A DNA stretch of 64,000 bases from Eledone cirrhosa (taxonomy: Eukaryota), in NCBI GenBank assembly GCA_964016885.1, contig OZ024754.1, positions 45,136,001 to 45,200,000 of the forward strand, in the 5' to 3' direction. Under the pieces are notes generated by a model. That model did no database searches. It had not been told where the DNA came from and saw only the letters and a program-made list of their open reading frames with translations. Numbering within the stretch: the stretch's first letter is position 1; each line of letters starts with the position of its first letter. Shown piece after piece: positions 11,957 to 26,599 of the stretch. Made by a program: the position numbers and the translations under genes.

Positions 11957-12561
11957 CATTATTGAAAGTCTCTGGAGAAATGAGGTGCAACAGAAATGAA
12001 ACATGGATTACAGGTTAAAATCTAGTCTAGATAGATGTGAAACAAAACGAGGATGTAGTTTATGGAACACCCAAATGATTTAGAAGTCGACCTTAAGTAG
12101 GAGCAATAACATTAAGAAACATATGAACGACACCGCATGATTTTGTATTGAAAATTTTGAAAGTAGGTTTATAAGTATGAATTTTCAAAAGATTTTCGTA
12201 GTTGTCTCTGTGTCCTAGCAGTATGTACTAGAGACGGTGGAGATCCTGGTCTTGGGTTTAATCCTGGTCAAGAGGTACATGTAACCTTTTCCAATTTTTA
12301 TTTTACAACAAATAGAAAAAAAGCTGAATAACTTTACCGGGAACCCTACTCCCGAGCAGAATCGAACTTCAAACCCGGATCACCACCGTCTATGACTCCT
12401 CCAACTCGGCCACCGAGAAAGCTAGACAAGTATAATGAAAATTGATAATTATAAACCTACTTTCAAAATCAAAGTTAAAAGATGTGATGGCGTTCATGGC
12501 TTTCATAGATCTATTAGAAATATTTAGGGTCGACTTTTGGCCATTATTGAAAGTCTCTGGA
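11957..12561. mobile_element. Palindromic element with two tRNA-like arms, bracketed by a 20-bp direct repeat
   Basis: CATTATTGAAAGTCTCTGGA at 11957-11976 and 12542-12561. Inverted arms include AAGTCGACC/GGTCGACTT and TTTTGAAAGTAGGTTTATAA/TTATAAACCTACTTTCAAAA; A/B-box-like sequences face each other in the centre. Confidence 0.6.
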
Positions 12562-13114
12562 TTTCACAAAATACATAATATATCTTATTGGAGAAGGTAA
12601 GATATTTTTCCTAAAAAATTGATTGCACTGTTTTGTTTCCACTTATGTATTTTTTAAAAATGTTATTTATACATTATGATAATTAAATGATAGCGTTCTA
12701 CATGTAGGTGGGCCCCCTTCATCTCCTGGCAATCAATATCTTTTAGACCGAGTCCGCCATGTTATGTTAATTTATGTAAGCTAAACAGGAATCGAAGACA
12801 ATTCAGCCTGGATACGTTTGGTCGAACGAGCGTTCAGTTCCCTTTGTTTCCCGACAGAGCAGAACTGAGTCCCTATAACATATACACCACTTAGACTTTA
12901 TTTAGCCCTCTACAACATGTTGGCATATGCCTTTATTTGGTCATAGGAAACAGCGATGTGTGATCTGTAATGAATATATATCTTACCTGAATAACTGCTT
13001 ATCTATACGGTCTCCTTTGATAACACACAGAGACATTGTGTAATTCTATTTCTCTCTTCCTCCTTATAAATAAATATCTCACACACACACACGTGCACGC
13101 GTATACACACACAC

Positions 13115-13154
<40 letters not shown>

Positions 13155-14559
13155 CGTAGATAAGGTCTTGTTTATGTATATAAGGAATGAAGCTGCTTAC
13201 CTGAGTGTTTGACTCGGCGATATCCTTTCAATCATATAACATAAATATCCAAGCAGGCCAGTATGGTATATAGGTCCAGGAGAGATCCCGGTGTATTTTA
13301 ATATAAGCAAGTATTGCACATTTTGTTTTCTTGGCGCAATAATTGCTTATATATATATACATAATGTGTGTGCGTGCGTGCGTGTGTGTGTGTGTGTGTG
13401 CGTGTGTGTTTGCGTGTGTGTGTGTGTGCGTGTGTGTTTGCGTGTGTGTGTGTGTGTCTTTTTGTGTGTGTATGCATGTGTGTGTATGTGTGTGTATGTG
13501 TGTGTATTAAATAGGTATGCATTTTCTGATACTTGCTCAGCATTTTCGGTATCTTTATTTCCTCGCTAATCAAATTGACATTACTTCACCAAACTTAGAA
13601 TCTTGTCTTTTACTTTTTATCTCTTCTCCACTTCTTTATCCTCTGGTTTCCACATTTTTCATTTAATTCTACTCTGGCTGCTGTTTCTTCCATTTAAGAC
13701 ATTCTATACGTTGAGTTAATTTTAATTAAATTAGGAAAATATTGTACGCAAGTTGAGTTAGTATTATCTTCAAATTTCTTGTGAAACTTGTCGAAATCTA
13801 CACCAGACAAATTCTATACTACCGACATGAAGTATCCTTACAAACTTTATACAGAAAAATTAATGTGATAATATCTTAAGATATCGGCTATCGTATCCAA
13901 TGATAAAGCTTGTGATTTTCGTTTATACGCTTTTCACACATTAATAGATAAATTCTGGAAATTAATGTCACTCTTACGAAAATGTTAATCTCTCGCAGCC
14001 CCTCTCATCTTTTCTGTTATAGAAAACTTACGAATACTTTGAAATATTCCTTCTGTATAGTTCCTAGGTGTCATTTCTGTTACCCAAACCTGTGAGATAA
14101 AAAACAAACAAACCCACTTGTATTGCGGAAGGTGTATGTATTGTGGCTTAGTCTTCATTATAATTACATATGAACTGCCCAAACGAAATGACTGGCATAG
14201 AAATGTTTATACATTTTAAGTTACATAGTTTTTTATATTGCATATTCTACAACATATTGAAATTAATCGCAGTTGCAATGCAAAGAAATTGTCGTACACA
14301 TAATATGCAGATGTTATATGTCATTAGAAATTTTGAATAATTTCCTTGTCTTCGCAATGGCATATCAGCACACTTCGTGTCGTGACGCAGACATTTTCAA
14401 GGATAGAACACATATCAATTAACGGAATCTATAGCAATATCATCAAATATAAAACTGTTGTTGGTCATCTCTATGTTAAACCCGTTCAACCATAAACAAG
14501 ACCAAAAGCATTCAAGATGGGATGTAGTATTACATTATATAATCTTTTCCTTCGAAAAG

Positions 14560-14710
14560 TATTATATACTAATTTATATATGTACTCGAGTATAATGGGT
14601 GACTACGTAGAAAAGCGGGTTGGTCTGCCTCTCATCACAGCAACAGTTTATTCTGAATTATTCCTGTCCAGAATCATACGATTACTAAATATTTATTTTT
14701 ACTATTAACA
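14560..14710 (+). mobile_element. Possible decayed L2/CR1-like LINE 3' end
   Basis: Peptide TVYSELFLSRIIRLLN resembles the C-terminal Y..SF..R.IR.WN motif of L2/CR1-group ORF2. Confidence 0.35.
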
Positions 14711-14824
14711 CACAAGAAACACATTGACAGTTTAGTTACAGCCTCAAATAATGCATTTAGTTATAATCTAAACGTGGTTAATTTTATCTTTCATATTTCC
14801 CACAAAAAGATAAACCCAGCTAAT

Positions 14825-14867
<43 letters not shown>

Positions 14868-14922
14868 GAAGTATTTCTGTAGGAAAGGTAAAGGAAAAGA
14901 GTGCTCTATGTAGACTACAGAG

Positions 14923-14962
<40 letters not shown>

Positions 14963-16909
14963 ATAATAATAAATTTGAAGACTAAAATCCAAAGAGGGCT
15001 CGATAAGGATAAATATTTATCAAATATATAAGAACGGTAGAGCAAATATTTATTAAATATATTAAATTTATTAAATATTTATTAATCTGTTATTTTAATA
15101 AATATATATATATATATATATAGATACAGAGCTATAACTATATATATATGGGGTCGTGTGTGTGTGAAGGCATGCATTGTAGATGTGATTCAATGTTCCA
15201 ATCATCTGTATTAGACATATGTCCAATATTCCAAACACCTTCACACAATCTCCAGGGTGAAACTTGTCTACAACTTTTTACACCAAACAATTTCCGAAAT
15301 AAGAATTTCAACTAATTTAAACTTCTCAACGATTAATGATTTCGTAATTCTGTAATCTCACTTTTTCTTTCTCTCGTCTCATCAACAATTTCCTTGTATT
15401 TTTCTTATATTTATCGTGTATATTTTTTATTTTAACGTTTTCACGTCTACTTTGTTGTAGTTGATTTTGTAATGATAAAAGACTTTCATTTTTTCTTTCA
15501 CGTTCTGTGTATTCTTTTTATTTTAGCTGTCATGCTAGTGCATTTTTTAAAATTCAAGCTGTCAATTGTGCTGTCGTTGTTTTTTCTTGCTATTGATGAA
15601 GTTGTTGATGCTGTTGTTGTTGTTGCTGTTATTAATTGTTGCTCTAACTTTTAAATTGCAAATCAGTATTTTTCTTTTTCTTTCTACAGTTCTTGTTGAA
15701 TGGTTGTTCCTCCAAAAGTTACATATTTGTTGGTGGTGTTTTATTCGCCGGATAGTCTGTCGCCATCTTGGTTTGATAATATTGTTGAATCAGTTATTGT
15801 ACGGTTACTTTTGTATTTTTCTTGTTTTTCAAGTTTCTATCTTGTTATTTTTGCCCATTTAAAATGCTTTTGCAACGATAATGTACAGTACTTTACTTAT
15901 TTTGAAATTTGTTGATGTTTTTTATTAAAAATCTCTGGTTATTGTGAAATTGTCGTTATTGTATATGAGTTTCAAAAAATATCTAGACTATCACACACAC
16001 ACACACATACACACACACACATACACACACACACATACACACACACACACATACACACACACACATACACACACACACATACACACACACATACATACAT
16101 ACATACATACATACATACATAGATACATACATACATACATACATACATACATACATACATACATACATACATACATCAGGAAAGCCCTGATGATTTCCTT
16201 CGAATGAAAGTGTTATAATCCTGTAGAAGCCATATTTCTATATTAAATATTTATACTCTGCTATGTATTGAGTACTTTATTTACTGTGGTTATCCCCGAT
16301 TGAACCCGGGACACACACGCACATACATACACACACACATACATACATACATACATACATACATACATACATTCAAATGCATGGCTCGACAGCAAGTTGC
16401 AAGATATAAGTAACAGGAAATTCTCAAGTGCTCTGTTACCATAAATCAATAACTGTCTGGATAACTTCTATGTACAAGCGTACATTAAATATATGAAAAT
16501 CATATGAGTAAGTGGAACAGGAACACCAATCACAACTGTAAATATATGAGTGCTACCAAACCATCTGCAATCCATATGACTAAATAAAAAGAATAATCAG
16601 AAATAATAACAATAAAAGACTTGTAGCACGTTTATAAACAACAACGACAACAACAACAGTAACAGCAACAACGCAGCAGATGATAGACATTATACAAAAT
16701 ATAAAGCACAGAGCATATATTTTCAATATCATGTTGTATCGTCTGTAATAAATCAACGACACATCTATAAGCATATAAAGAGAAATAAGAAGAAAAGGAA
16801 AGATATATGATGTAAAGTATGGCCATAGGAAAGCAGACTGAACAATAGTAAATATGATTAAAATAAAATACAATGTGAATCAGAACACTTGATATTTTCT
16901 CAGGTAACG

Positions 16910-17122
16910 AATGATTTTTAATTTAAGCATAAGGTCAGCAATATCGATAATAAAGCACAATCGATTATTTGACAATAGTATTTGACTTGTTCTTTATCGT
17001 ATCGAGCCAGAAGACAAGAAAGGAAAGTGAGCCTTAAGTTGGAATGAAACCCAGAAAGTGAAAAACGAAACAAACCCCATGAATTATTTTATCCGATGTT
17101 CTAAAGATTCTTCCTATTCACC
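16910..17122 (-). mobile_element. Old degenerate Nin/Deu SINE
   Basis: TAAGCATAAGGTCAGCAAT...GACTTGTTCTTTATC...AGAAAGGAAAGTGAGCCTT...TATCCGATGTTCTAAAGATTCTTCCTATTCACC is collinear with the rc of the family. Confidence 0.65.
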
Positions 17123-17171
17123 AATCTCGCGTATATATGAGGTTACTATTAATATTCATATCAGCAAAAAG

Positions 17172-17378
17172 GGCGGTGGATTGGCAGTATCGGTAAAGGG
17201 TCGGACACCATGCTTTGCAACATAGTTACGGCCTTTTATGATCTAAGTTCAAATCCCGCCGAGGTTAAGTTGCCTTTCATCCTTATGGGGCCAATGAAAG
17301 AAAGTACCAGTCACACACTGGGGTCGATTTAATCGCCTTTCCCCTCCCCCAAAATTTGCTGGGCTTGTGCCAGAAACC
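17172..17378 (+). mobile_element. Nin/Deu SINE, long-tail variant, full length with TSD
   Basis: Head GGCGGTGGATTGGCAG, B box, Nin core, plus an extra GGGGTCGATTTAATCGCCTTTCCCCTCCCCC segment; TSD AATATTCATATCA(G/A)CAA at 17151 and 17379. Confidence 0.92.
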
Positions 17379-17917
17379 AATATTCATATCAACAACAATA
17401 TTAACATCTTCAGGGTGGTTTACATCGATAGAGAACAAATATTTTTGTTATTGTTGTTTGAACCCATATCAGTATAGATGAAGCAGATTTAGTGAAATAT
17501 CATGACACCACCATATGTCAGTCATTTTTTTTTTATGTGAGATATGCTTCGGTTAACTCCTTTCTCTTTTCTGGGTATTTATTCTGGGTATTTATTCCCT
17601 TGTATTTATTCCCTTTCACCACCACCATTCCCACCCTTCATATGCTACCCCCAAAAGTATTCATGTATAAAAATCTAGCTTACTGTATAATATTAACATG
17701 TTTATATAAATGTAACATTAGTATCGATGAACATTAAGTAAAATAAAGCTAACCAATATATATATATACATGTCTCCAGACGTAACAGCTCTTTATTCCT
17801 TCTCTCTCTCCAAACCTTCCACCCTACGACCTTTAATCGCCACCTACACACATATTTTTTTCTCCGTACTATACACAGAACACTCTTCTTTCCTTTGACT
17901 TTCACACGGAACTACTT

Positions 17918-20608
<2,691 letters not shown>

Positions 20609-20695
20609 TGTAAAAGGTAAACAGAAATAGCAACACAATCGGAACAGTATATGGAAAGGATGTATTAGGTTAACGATTGATATAGCAGGAAGAGG

Positions 20696-20735
20696 CTTTT
20701 AACATTTCGGACGCTAGTCCTTCATCAGAAGAAAG
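20696..20735 (-). ncRNA. Degenerate minimal type I hammerhead ribozyme (Penelope-type)
   Basis: rc CTT-CTGATGA-A-GGAC(TAGC)GTCC-GAAA-TG-TT-AAAAG; core intact, loop 3 TG (CG would be palindromic), weak stem I. Confidence 0.6.
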
Positions 20736-20821
20736 AATGAGTAATAAGATAGATTGAGGTGACGCACGGGTTGGAATTGGAAAAAAATGTCTTTAGATAA
20801 AAATAACAGGTTCATTAATGT

Positions 20822-20857
<36 letters not shown>

Positions 20858-21651
20858 GAATTCTAGAAGAAATTCTTTTTCTAGATTCTTTAAATTTCTC
20901 CTGTGAGTCCTGATATTACGTGTAGACCTGAACAACTTCTCGGTTCGGTTACGAATTATGAATCTAACATCCGGAGCTTAATGTGTCCATGTTTTAAGAC
21001 AGTGGGGTTTAACTTAAGAGAAATTTAGATATGTTGCTGTGATCACAGCATCATGTTGCAAATCAGTAAACAGCTTTAAAAACTGCATAGTATTTGCTAT
21101 ATCACAAGTTGAGAGTTTAAAACTGCGATTCCTCTTACCATTACTATGTGTTAGTGTATAAGACTATTACACTCTACTGTAGTTTACATACTTTTGATAA
21201 CGCATGATAACTAATTTATAAGCAAAGTATCTATACAATAAACCTGCCGTGTGCTTATTATATCTATTGTTTTTCTTTTTGCTTTTAAAGTAGCGGAGGT
21301 ATCGCAGTTAAACATACATATTATCCAGAAGATTCCATTCTCAGCTTCCTTAATATCGCAGAAGGAAAGTTAATATTGTCATCATTATCACTATTGTCAT
21401 CAATGTCTTTATCTTCATCATTGGTATTACTAATATCACGAATCTGTAGACATTTCAATAAGTTAGTTTTCCGTAACTGATTTCTTCATTGCATGCTGTT
21501 CCTTATATACCAGTTTTTGGGATGGCTGCAGGGAGGGTGGAAGAATGTGGAGGTGGTGGTTATGTTCCACTTGAAATTGGTGAATTTTCTCCTCGTAGTG
21601 AGAACATATATGTAAATATGTGTGTTTGTATAAATTAACTTCTCTATATTT

Positions 21652-21906
21652 CTCCACCGAAGTCAACTTTGCCTTTCATCCTTTCGAGGTCGATAAAAAA
21701 GTACCAGTCTAGTACTGGGGTAAATTCTTCCTCTATATCTATTTTACATTTCCTCTCTCTCAGTTTCTATATTTGTCTGGAAGGAATCTGCTGTACTCAG
21801 GCCTGGAGAGGGATGGGCTCCGCCAGGCTTAAAATGCGCAAGAAACGTTGTATGTCAATACGGCGCCCCTGCAACTCTATCAGGAGTTACGGGACCATAC
21901 ATACAT
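21652..21906 (+). mobile_element. Nin/Deu SINE subfamily B, 5'-truncated
   Basis: Nin core GTCAACTTTGCCTTTCATCCTTTCGAGGTCGATAAAAAAGTACCAG followed by the B tail ending GGAGTTACGGGACCATACATACAT. Confidence 0.88.
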
Positions 21907-22820
21907 ATCCTCTTCAATATCATTGAAGGGACGTGTATTATAAGGCGCGATTGAACTTAAAACCGACTGACCAAATTGAATAATGCACGTCCAGCCTTCT
22001 GATATAATGCCTCAGCTATTTTCTGTGTACAAATAATAATAACACAATATGACAGAAATAACTAATGTAACTACACAAAGCGAACTAATAAATAACAATT
22101 TTGTAAATAATAATAATAATAATATTAATAATAGCAACTGCAAAACATACAACAAAATTAACTTACCAGTGAGATCCTTTCAGCTTTACAGAGAGTGGCA
22201 ATATTTTACCTAGAGTTTTGCGATTCACCAGTCATGTTGATTATGAAACGTGCAGTAAATCCTCGAGTTCAGGCAACATTTTTTATCAAAATGTATTTCT
22301 CGGTAATATTTATGGTTATGTTCCGACATGATGCTGACGCACACCCCGAAAACAGCATTGTATGTTTACGTGTGTGTATCTGTGTTTAAGTGTGTGCTTC
22401 AGTGAATGTAATGTATATTTATGTGTTGCTGATTAATGATTTATTTACATGAATCCTTTTAGTACAACAGCATCCACACATTCAATAAAACGTAAACACA
22501 TCTGAATCCACATTCAAGCATACAGAGATATATTTTCTCATATATGCACGTATAGGAGTGGTGGTTGAAAATTCATTGGCTTACTCTGACGAAATAATGC
22601 TAGAACTGTGAAATCCTGCATGCATTAATTCCAACTCTTCTTATCAATAACTGCCCTGTTTCCTTCCAGGGACTATATTGAAACATAAACCTTATTGGTC
22701 ATTCTTGGTCAGAATAGGACATTTTCAGCCGACACTTTTATATGTATTGGATCTCTGTAAATACAGAATTTATGTACATTTCTCACAAATGGTTAAAATT
22801 AAATTCGTTTAGTCATATCC

Positions 22821-22879
22821 ACTGTTATATATATTTCGGTGATAACCAGTATTCAATAGCTATGACCTCATCAGACAGC
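22821..22879 (-). ncRNA. Minimal type I hammerhead ribozyme, intact core
   Basis: rc GCTGT-CTGATGA-GGT...ACC-GAAA-TATATA-TA-ACAGT: stem I 4 bp plus G.U, extended stem II, palindromic stem/loop III, AUA cleavage triplet. Confidence 0.75.
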
Positions 22880-23479
22880 TAGAACTTGAACGAAAAAAAA
22901 AACAAAAAAAATCAGAAAAAGATAATGATGGAACAAAGTTTATAACTTTGTTATTTCGATCTTTTGATATGCCCAGTCCCGAAGTATGGTGTTGTTTACT
23001 CAAAGAACTGGTGCAAACAGTTCTTGAGTCTACCACGAAACTGTCATCTCAGGTATGTACTCGACTGTAGTGTCAAGCACTCTCATAAGCTATGCTGTTA
23101 GTACGAAAGTATTACAGACAATCTGGTATATTGTTCATACTAAATACAACGACACTTACATGACATATGACTACTGCAAATGATTGATGTTTTCTGTGTC
23201 TATGCAATTGTAATACCGTGTGTCAAGATTCGCAGGTTATGTCATGTTAAATCGTCACTAAATATAGATACGCTTTGAAAACTATAGCTTTTAGAATCGT
23301 CGAATAATAACTTACTTTATCGTCTATGTTGTTCCTGATGTATTGAATTACATATTTCAATATCTCTAGAAATAAAACTCCAAAACCGTTGGACATATTA
23401 CATAATATCAATTTAATTAGAAATCGTTAATAATTAATCATTGTGATAAATCTCATATAACATGTTTATATAGATGATC

Positions 23480-23900
23480 ACTTTGTAATTCTATTTCGTG
23501 CTGATGTCTTTGCTTCAGACAAGACACAGACACCATCTTAATAATCAGTAAAAACCAAAAGAAAAGAAACAATACACGACATATTTAAAATTTTGCAGAA
23601 TAGTTCAATAGAAATTTTGTCAGTCAAGCAAAAACAGCTGACGTGAAAATCTCTAATCAATAAACCATATTGGAATTGCTACTAATAAATAAAGACTTAA
23701 CATATATACTCTGCTCGGTGTTTTTATAATTTAGTTTGGATTACAGAAAGAAGTGCTTCGGATATAAATAATGTGAAATTGTATTGCTATATTCGAAACT
23801 ACACTGCTTATAACTTTGCCAACACCTGTTGGCCGTATTCCACCGATCGTCTTTTTATAGATATAAGACATGCTTATAAAAGCGTTCGGTCGACATAAAA
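23480..23900 (-). mobile_element. Decayed CRE-like (RLE-type) non-LTR reverse transcriptase fragment
   Basis: Peptide KKTIGGIRPTGVGKVISSVVSNIA matches the CRE/NeSL RT motif K..GG.RPIAVGE..RR..SK; the downstream sequence is disrupted and its extent is approximate. Confidence 0.55.
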
Positions 23901-24343
23901 CAAAAATAAAATTGCTGACTCTCATGAGTACATATTATTCGTACATGAAATGGATGTAAACCTGTGATTTTGACATTGCAGGCTTAACCAATACACTGGT
24001 AGTATTTGGAAATTTAATTCGACATGATAAGAAAAGCTATCTTAATATACTATGTTTCCTTGCCTGATATATTTTGACAAAGCATGTTTTCTCAGTAGAA
24101 ATATATATGTGATTAACTTGGCGACTCGAGCAAACTGCTCGTCCCCAAACTAGTTTTTCCTCCGTTAAATTGGGAGGAGTGCATCCCGTCTAGAGAAAGA
24201 TCCCTGGGAGGGAGAGCGGCTTGTATAGCAGGTGTCGTTGCCTGTCCAGTGGGAACAATTGAAATATTCCGCACAGAATGGAATGTAGATCTGCCGCTCG
24301 CTTCTCCGCCTCTAAGTGTACATTATTTAATTTCATTTTCAGT

Positions 24344-24382
24344 ATAGAGTTACGACCCTTTACGTTCTGAGTTCAAATCCCG
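24344..24382 (+). mobile_element. Short internal SINE subfamily A fragment (B-box region)
   Basis: TAGAGTTACGACCCTTTACGTTCTGAGTTCAAATCCCG. Confidence 0.75.
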
Positions 24383-24691
24383 TAACTCCTGATACGTACG
24401 TAGCGGCGCTGTATTGACGTACGACGTTTCTTGGGCATTTTAAGCCCATCTCTCCCCAGATTTGAATACAGCACATTTATTTTAGAGAAATACAGAAAGT
24501 GAGAGGGAGGAAATGAAAAAGAGATATAGAGGAAGAATCGACTCAGTACTAGACTGGTACTTTTTATCGACCTGGAAAGGATAAAAGACAAAGTTGACCT
24601 CGGTGGGATTTGAACTCGGAGAACAGAGTACCGGAACGAATACAAAAACCATGCTATCAGACGTTTCTAAAATCTCTGCCAATTCGCCGCC
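24378..24691 (-). mobile_element. Nin/Deu SINE subfamily B, full length
   Basis: rc head GGCGGCGAATTGGCAGAG, B box GAGTTCAAATCCCACC, Nin core, B tail to GGAGTTACGGGA. Confidence 0.9.
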
Positions 24692-25206
24692 TTTCAGATA
24701 TATAGATGCCATCAAAGTCTGTGTTGCATATAGTAAATGATTAAAAACCTAGTTACTATACACTGAACAGAGGCAGAAAATAAAATTTAGTTTGCAAAAC
24801 TACAACAAATCAATTGTGAAAACAAAAACATTTTAGTGGAAAACAAATCAACAAATACATTGTAAAGAAATACATATAAGATATCAAAACCCAGACAATC
24901 GTAGAAATAAAGACTTAGACATAGTACAAAAATACAAATGAAACAAGTTAGGAAACAGTATTATATTCTCATTAGATTAATGTTTATGACTTGAGTAATT
25001 TCCTAAAGTAGGGTAATGCGTATAAATACACCAACTATCCCAGTGCTAAGTCACTTAAAACTCTGTAATAAGGGTATTAGAATGTATTAATAAGAACGGA
25101 AATACATACATTATTTTAAATACATAAGTGAAAGAATATATTTACCAGGAACAATGATAGCTAAACACTGGTAGTAATTACATAAGTGTTATCATTATCA
25201 ACATTG

Positions 25207-25396
25207 GGGCGGTGGATTGGCAGTATCGGCAGAGGGTCGGACGCCATGCTTTCCAGCATAGTTACGTCCCTTTACGATCTAAGTTCAAATCTCGCCGAGG
25301 TTGACTTTGCCTTTCATCCTTACGGGGTCGATAAAATAAAGTACCAGTAATGCACTGGGTATTTGCTGGCCTTGTGCCTAAAGCTGAAACAATTAT
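25207..25396 (+). mobile_element. Nin/Deu SINE subfamily A, full length with 16-bp TSD
   Basis: Perfect TSD ATTATCAACATTGGGG at 25194-25209 and 25392-25407; intact A/B boxes, core and tail. Confidence 0.95.
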
Positions 25397-25694
25397 CAAC
25401 ATTGGGGATTATAAACTCCAAGTCGGGCAAAGATAAACAAAACGGCAATAATAGGAAAATATTCAAAACATGAACAAGAAAGAATTGTTTTTCACTTCAT
25501 CAGGGAACTTAGCAAATATAATACAATAGTTGTGGGATATATAGGGAGTTGTAAAGACACAAGAAAACACGTTTGATTTGGTATATCTCACACACACACA
25601 CATACACACACACGCACCCCACACACATAAACGCCGATACACACACAGATATATATATATACACACACACATACACACGGATCTAGCTGTCGAA

Positions 25695-25736
25695 ACGGTG
25701 GGAGCTCAGCCGTCGGGGTCCTGACTCTTTTCTATA
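25695..25736. mobile_element. Degenerate second copy of the mini-palindromic element
   Basis: GAGCTCAGCCGTCGGGGTC...TTTTCTATA resembles the right half of 29103-29163. Confidence 0.55.
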
Positions 25737-26599
25737 TATAAATCTCTCTCTCTGTGTATTACACGCACTTATATATATGGCTAACATATGATCCTGGGAG
25801 TATGTGTTTCTGTGAGTGTGTGTTTCGTTCTCTCCTCCCCCTCTCTCTCAATATATATATTCAAACATAAAATGTCATGTTGCCCATGACATGAATTTAA
25901 ACTGCTGGACATATTTTGAAACGAAAGAAACGTTTACTGGGAATTTAAATCTTAAATCCGTTACTTTACTTTTTTATATCTTCAAATGGAATTTGAAATG
26001 ATGCGTGACATAGTATGTTGTTTCCTACAGGAATCTTCTGGAGTTGCTTCACTGAAAAAACAGAAGACCTAACCAAGATGTAATATGTTTTATCATTAAT
26101 ATCAAAAAACATTTTATCCAATAGCATGAGTTTCAAATGTAGATGAAACAAGTATTGGACACACACATATATATATATATATTTGTATATATATATGAAT
26201 GTATATATATATATATTTGTATATATATATATGAATGTGTATATATATATATATATATATTTGTATATATATATATGAATGTATATATATATTCGTCTGT
26301 AAAGCGATGCTACAATCCTACGCCATGATTTTAGGTAAAGAGCATACTCTAAGAATTGCCAATACAAACAGAGAGATCAGAACCAATCGACCGTATACTT
26401 TTCGCTAAAGGTCACGAAGTACACAAATGATATATTTGATATATGAGGCCATAAAGAAGAAAACATTTCTATCAAAGAAACGGTGGAATGATCCAATTAT
26501 ATGGATCGTTACATAGTAATAACCGGAATGTGGATGTCAAAAACATAGATAATCCTTATTATAGTATCACAGATAAGTACTTTACCAAATCACAGGGCT

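Larger units (their letters stand above)
11261..12761. mobile_element. Probable hAT-type non-autonomous DNA transposon with nested insertions
   Basis: Left end CAGTGGCGGACT and right end AGTCCGCCA-TG form an imperfect TIR, with GGGCCC subterminal motifs at both ends. No 8-bp TSD is visible. Confidence 0.55.

Noticed and set aside
13195-13300. Minus-strand exon ending at CAG|GTAAG (also near 12985, 22166, 49788)
   Set aside because: Good donors, but no convincing acceptor or recognisable peptide; such motifs are expected by chance in 64 kb.
16185-16215. CTGATGA...GAAA hammerhead-like core (similar cases near 25497, 29298, 44412, 58260)
   Set aside because: No supporting stem I/III pairing or no correctly placed GAAA/UH; compatible with chance or extreme decay.
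25207-25295. tRNA gene (also 4725, 17172, 48761, 12340-12425)
   Set aside because: A/B boxes are present, but there is no proper cloverleaf and most continue into a SINE core with TSDs.
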